Shown piece after piece: positions 60,994 to 64,000 of a stretch of DNA of 64,000 bases; positions within the stretch are counted from its first letter, which is position 1, and every line of letters begins with the position of its first letter. The stretch covers positions 384,001 through 448,000 of the forward strand of contig CAVSGI010000015.1 of assembly GCA_963727445.1 (NCBI GenBank). Reading direction: 5' to 3'. The notes under the pieces were generated by a model. The model saw nothing but the letters and a program-made list of their open reading frames with translations, made no database searches and was not told the origin of the DNA. The translations under genes were made by a program, and so were the position numbers. The stretch comes from an uncultured delta proteobacterium (GTDB lineage Bacteria; Myxococcota_A; Polyangia; Polyangiales; B10-G4).

Positions 60994-61967
60994 CCCTCGA
61001 CCTCGAGGTCACCGCCGGCCTTGCAGACGAGAGTGCCTCCGATCTGCTCGCACGCCTTCATCGCGCTCTGCACGCGCTCCACGTCGTCGGCGAGACAGAG
61101 CGCCTTCACGTGGGGGCCGGCGTCCATCGTGGCGTACACCGCCACGCCTTCGTCGCGCAGATTCCGAATCGACTCGAGCACCGACAGCGTGGTCGGGCGG
61201 AAATACATGATCGGCGGGTTCGAGGTCATGGCGCAGGCGTGGAAGGCCATGGTGCTCTGCTCCATCGCCGGGCCGAGGACCGACAGGTCGCGGGCGAGGA
61301 GGCCTTCCTTGATCGTCTTCGCGAGGAGCGGCGCTTTTTCGATCCACGCATCGTAGAGCGGCGAGGTCTCGCGGGAGCGCTCCATGCCCATGGTGGAGCC
61401 GACCTTCTTCGCGCCCTTCGCTGTGAGCCCGACGACCAGACGCACGTCCCACGCGTCGGCGCTCATCACTGGCTCGGCGGCGAGTGAGTCGTCGCCCGGC
61501 GTGCCGGCGGCCAGCTCGACGTAGCCGCCCCAGACCGAGCGCGCGGCCGACGCGCTCGAACGGCGCGCGAGGCGGCTCACGAGCTTCGGGTCGTACTCCA
61601 TGCCCGCGGCCACCGTCGATGCGGCGGCGAGGGCGGCGAAGCCCGAGGCGCTCGAGGCGAGCCCGGCTGCGGTCGGGAAATGATTCACCGACGCCACGTG
61701 AGCGAAGAGGCCCTGGCGATCGCTCATCGCCCGGACGCGATCGAGGAGCTCCACGATCCGGGTGCGCTCGCTCATGCTCGCGGGCCTCTCGTCGAGGGAG
61801 ACCTGGTCCTCACCGAGCGCGGGATCGAAGTGCACGTCCGTCTCAGTCACCAGGCGGTCGAGGGTCATCGACACGCTGGGCACCGCCGGAAGGTTCAGCG
61901 CGAGGTCGGCTTTGCCCCAGTACTTCGCGAAGGCGATGTTCGCCCGCGCCACCGCCCGCGCCTTCAC
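60990..61967 (-). CDS. mvaD: Diphosphomevalonate decarboxylase
   Basis: NIAFAKYWGK, FPTAAGLASSASGFAA, SASAARS, TMDAGPHVK. Confidence 0.95.
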   Translation of the reverse strand: MKARAVARANIAFAKYWGKADLALNLPAVPSVSMTLDRLVTETDVHFDPALGEDQVSLDERPASMSERTRIVELLDRVRAMSDRQGLFAHVASVNHFPTAAGLASSASGFAALAAASTVAAGMEYDPKLVSRLARRSSASAARSVWGGYVELAAGTPGDDSLAAEPVMSADAWDVRLVVGLTAKGAKKVGSTMGMERSRETSPLYDAWIEKAPLLAKTIKEGLLARDLSVLGPAMEQSTMAFHACAMTSNPPIMYFRPTTLSVLESIRNLRDEGVAVYATMDAGPHVKALCLADDVERVQSAMKACEQIGGTLVCKAGGDLEVEG

Positions 61968-62869
61968 GCCACCTCCGCCACGAAGGCTTCAGTCGCGATC
62001 TCCGCGACCGAGGCCCGCGCTCGCTCTGCCGTCTCCATGTCCGGGGCGAGGGCGATCATGCAGCCGCCGCCGCCGGCGCCCGTGAGCTTGGCCCCCTCGG
62101 CGCCTGCGTCGCGCGCGCGCTCGCACAGCGCCTCGAGCTTGGTCGTCGACAAGAGCAGCGAGCTCAAGAGGCCGTGGTTCAGATCCATGAGCTGCCCGAG
62201 GGCGTGGACGTCACCGGCGGCGATGGCCAGCTCGCCGTTGCGCACCAGCGCGGCGATGCCGTCGAAGACCTCCTCCACCCGCTTCTGGCTTCGCTCGTGT
62301 TGTCGCCGGACGGAGTCGACCATCACCTTGGTGCTCGAGGACTCGCCGCTGTCGGCGATCACCAGGATCAGGGGGCGCCGCGGGATGACACGCTGCAGGG
62401 GCTCGCCCCGGCGGAAGACGGCGACGCCGCCCGCGCTCGCCATGGCGGGGTCGACGCCCGAGGGGTTGCCGTGAAAGACGCGCTCCCACGCGAGCGAGAC
62501 CTCGGCGCGCGCCTCCGCGTCGCGGACCACGCCGAGCGCATCGTCCATCGCCGCGAGGACCGCCACGCCGAGCGCCGCCGAGCAACCGAGGCCGGCACCC
62601 GCCGGCAGCTCGACCTCGGCCGTGACTTCGAAGGTCGGCCGCTCGGGGTAGACGTTCAGCAGCGCATCGAAGGCGCGCGCGAGGGGCTCCTCGGCGTCGG
62701 GGCGAAGCGCCAGATCCCACGTCGGCACGATCAGCTGCGACGCGTCGGCCGATCGCGCTTCGGCGCGCACGCCACGCTCGATGCCGCAAGCGAGCGCCGG
62801 TCGCCCGTACACCACGGCGTGCTCGCCGAGGAGGATCGCTTTGCCGCGTCCGAAGCCTTTGCCGTGCAT
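61964..62869 (-). CDS. mvk: Mevalonate kinase
   Basis: GKAILLGEHAVVYG, PAGAGLGCSAA, HGNPSGVD, GAKLTGAGGGG. Confidence 0.93.
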   Translation of the reverse strand: MHGKGFGRGKAILLGEHAVVYGRPALACGIERGVRAEARSADASQLIVPTWDLALRPDAEEPLARAFDALLNVYPERPTFEVTAEVELPAGAGLGCSAALGVAVLAAMDDALGVVRDAEARAEVSLAWERVFHGNPSGVDPAMASAGGVAVFRRGEPLQRVIPRRPLILVIADSGESSSTKVMVDSVRRQHERSQKRVEEVFDGIAALVRNGELAIAAGDVHALGQLMDLNHGLLSSLLLSTTKLEALCERARDAGAEGAKLTGAGGGGCMIALAPDMETAERARASVAEIATEAFVAEVA

Positions 62870-63886
62870 TCAGTGATCCCGGTCGACCAGGAGCCCGGTG
62901 ATGAGCTCGAGGTCCTCGGTCGCGAAGGGGGCGCTCGCGAGGGCTTCGCGGGAGCGTGCGGCGAGGAGGGCGAGGCGCTCTTCGACGTGCTTCCGGGCGC
63001 CGGAGCGCACGAGGAGCTCGGTGGCCGCAGCGATCCGATCGTCGGTCGCGGACTCGTTGCCGAGGGCGTCTTCGAGCGCGGCGCGCTCGGTCTCGGGCAC
63101 CACGGCGCGCGCCTGCTTGACCAGCGTGGTGTGCTTGCCCTGCCGGATGTCGCCGCCCGCGGGCTTCCCGGTGGCGCCGGGATCCCCAAAGGTGCCGAGG
63201 AGCTCGTCACGGAGCTGGAACGCGACGCCCAGCGGATTGGCCCAGCGCCGGAGCGCGTCCATCGCGGCAGCGTCGGCGTCGGCCAGGATCGCGCCGAGGA
63301 GCATCGGCCCGCGCACCGTGTAGCTCCCGGTCTTGAGGTCGTACATGCGCTCGACCTCGGGCGCGGCGAGGATGTCGAGCTGCTGCCCGAAGAAGACCTC
63401 GCGCTGAAGGCGCCAGAACGCATCGAGGCCTTCCTTGCGACGCGCCGCGGGGAACGGTGCGCCGGCGATCATCTCCGAGGCGAAGACCGCGCCGAGGTCG
63501 CCGGCGAGGACCGCCAGGGAGGCGCCGAGGTGCGCGTCGCCGTGGCGGTCGCGCAGCGCCGCGAAGACGCTCGGCCCGCCGCGCCGCTCCTCGTCCTGAT
63601 CCATCCAATCGTCGTGGATCAGGAGATAGGTCTGGAGCAGCTCCATCGCCGCCCCCGCGTCCACCGTCTGCGAAAGCGGCGCCTGGGGCCGAACCGCCCG
63701 ATACGCCGCCGTCAGCACGACGGGCCGCAGTCGCTTGCCGCCGCGCATCGTCAGCGACGTCACCTGATCGACCAGCTCCACCGACTCCGGAGAGATCTCC
63801 TCCGCCTCGCGACGCTTGTCCGCGAGAAACGCCTCCAGCCGCTCCGCGAGCAGCCCCCTCAGCTCGTCCATCCAGGCGGGATTCAT
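62870..63886 (-). CDS. Polyprenyl diphosphate synthase (GGPP/FPP synthase family)
   Basis: GGKRLRP, LIHDDWMD..RRG, GQQLD, KTGSY, FQLRDELLG, DIRQGK. Confidence 0.92.
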   Translation of the reverse strand: MNPAWMDELRGLLAERLEAFLADKRREAEEISPESVELVDQVTSLTMRGGKRLRPVVLTAAYRAVRPQAPLSQTVDAGAAMELLQTYLLIHDDWMDQDEERRGGPSVFAALRDRHGDAHLGASLAVLAGDLGAVFASEMIAGAPFPAARRKEGLDAFWRLQREVFFGQQLDILAAPEVERMYDLKTGSYTVRGPMLLGAILADADAAAMDALRRWANPLGVAFQLRDELLGTFGDPGATGKPAGGDIRQGKHTTLVKQARAVVPETERAALEDALGNESATDDRIAAATELLVRSGARKHVEERLALLAARSREALASAPFATEDLELITGLLVDRDH

Positions 63887-64000
63887 GGCCGCCGCAACTT
63901 GCTAGGGAGGGGGGGCGGCGTCAACCCGGGCTTTTTGGAGGCTTGCGGGGTCGGTGGCGGGATGAGCGCTCACTCAGGGCGATGTGGGGGGGTGTGGCGT

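Overview
GC-rich, gene-dense bacterial DNA whose content points to a myxobacterium (Myxococcota, probably Polyangiales/Sandaracinaceae-like; inference): five Hanks-type Ser/Thr kinases, a PP2C phosphatase, many Cys-rich or acidic lipoproteins, c-type cytochromes and a mevalonate operon. About 50 CDS are supportable; I saw no rRNA, tRNA, CRISPR array, integrase or transposase. Highlights: (1) an EF-hand NOX5-type NADPH oxidase (19501-21492) translationally coupled to a pentaheme c-type cytochrome lipoprotein (18707-19501), in which a His of the canonical O2-reduction site appears replaced by Phe, so it may be a Ca2+-gated electron-export module; (2) a large lipoprotein with an apparently circularly permuted esterase domain (33599-36397); (3) a ~0.9 kb nested imperfect palindrome with GGGGAC-capped REP-like repeats (11196-12105) and a second GGGGAC-capped cluster of different sequence (51020-51336); (4) five genes with apparent single-base indels, three of which are repaired by restoring an AGATC site, suggesting modification-linked sequencing error rather than pseudogenes. 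All calls come from reading motifs by eye; no database searches were run, and start codons are best estimates.
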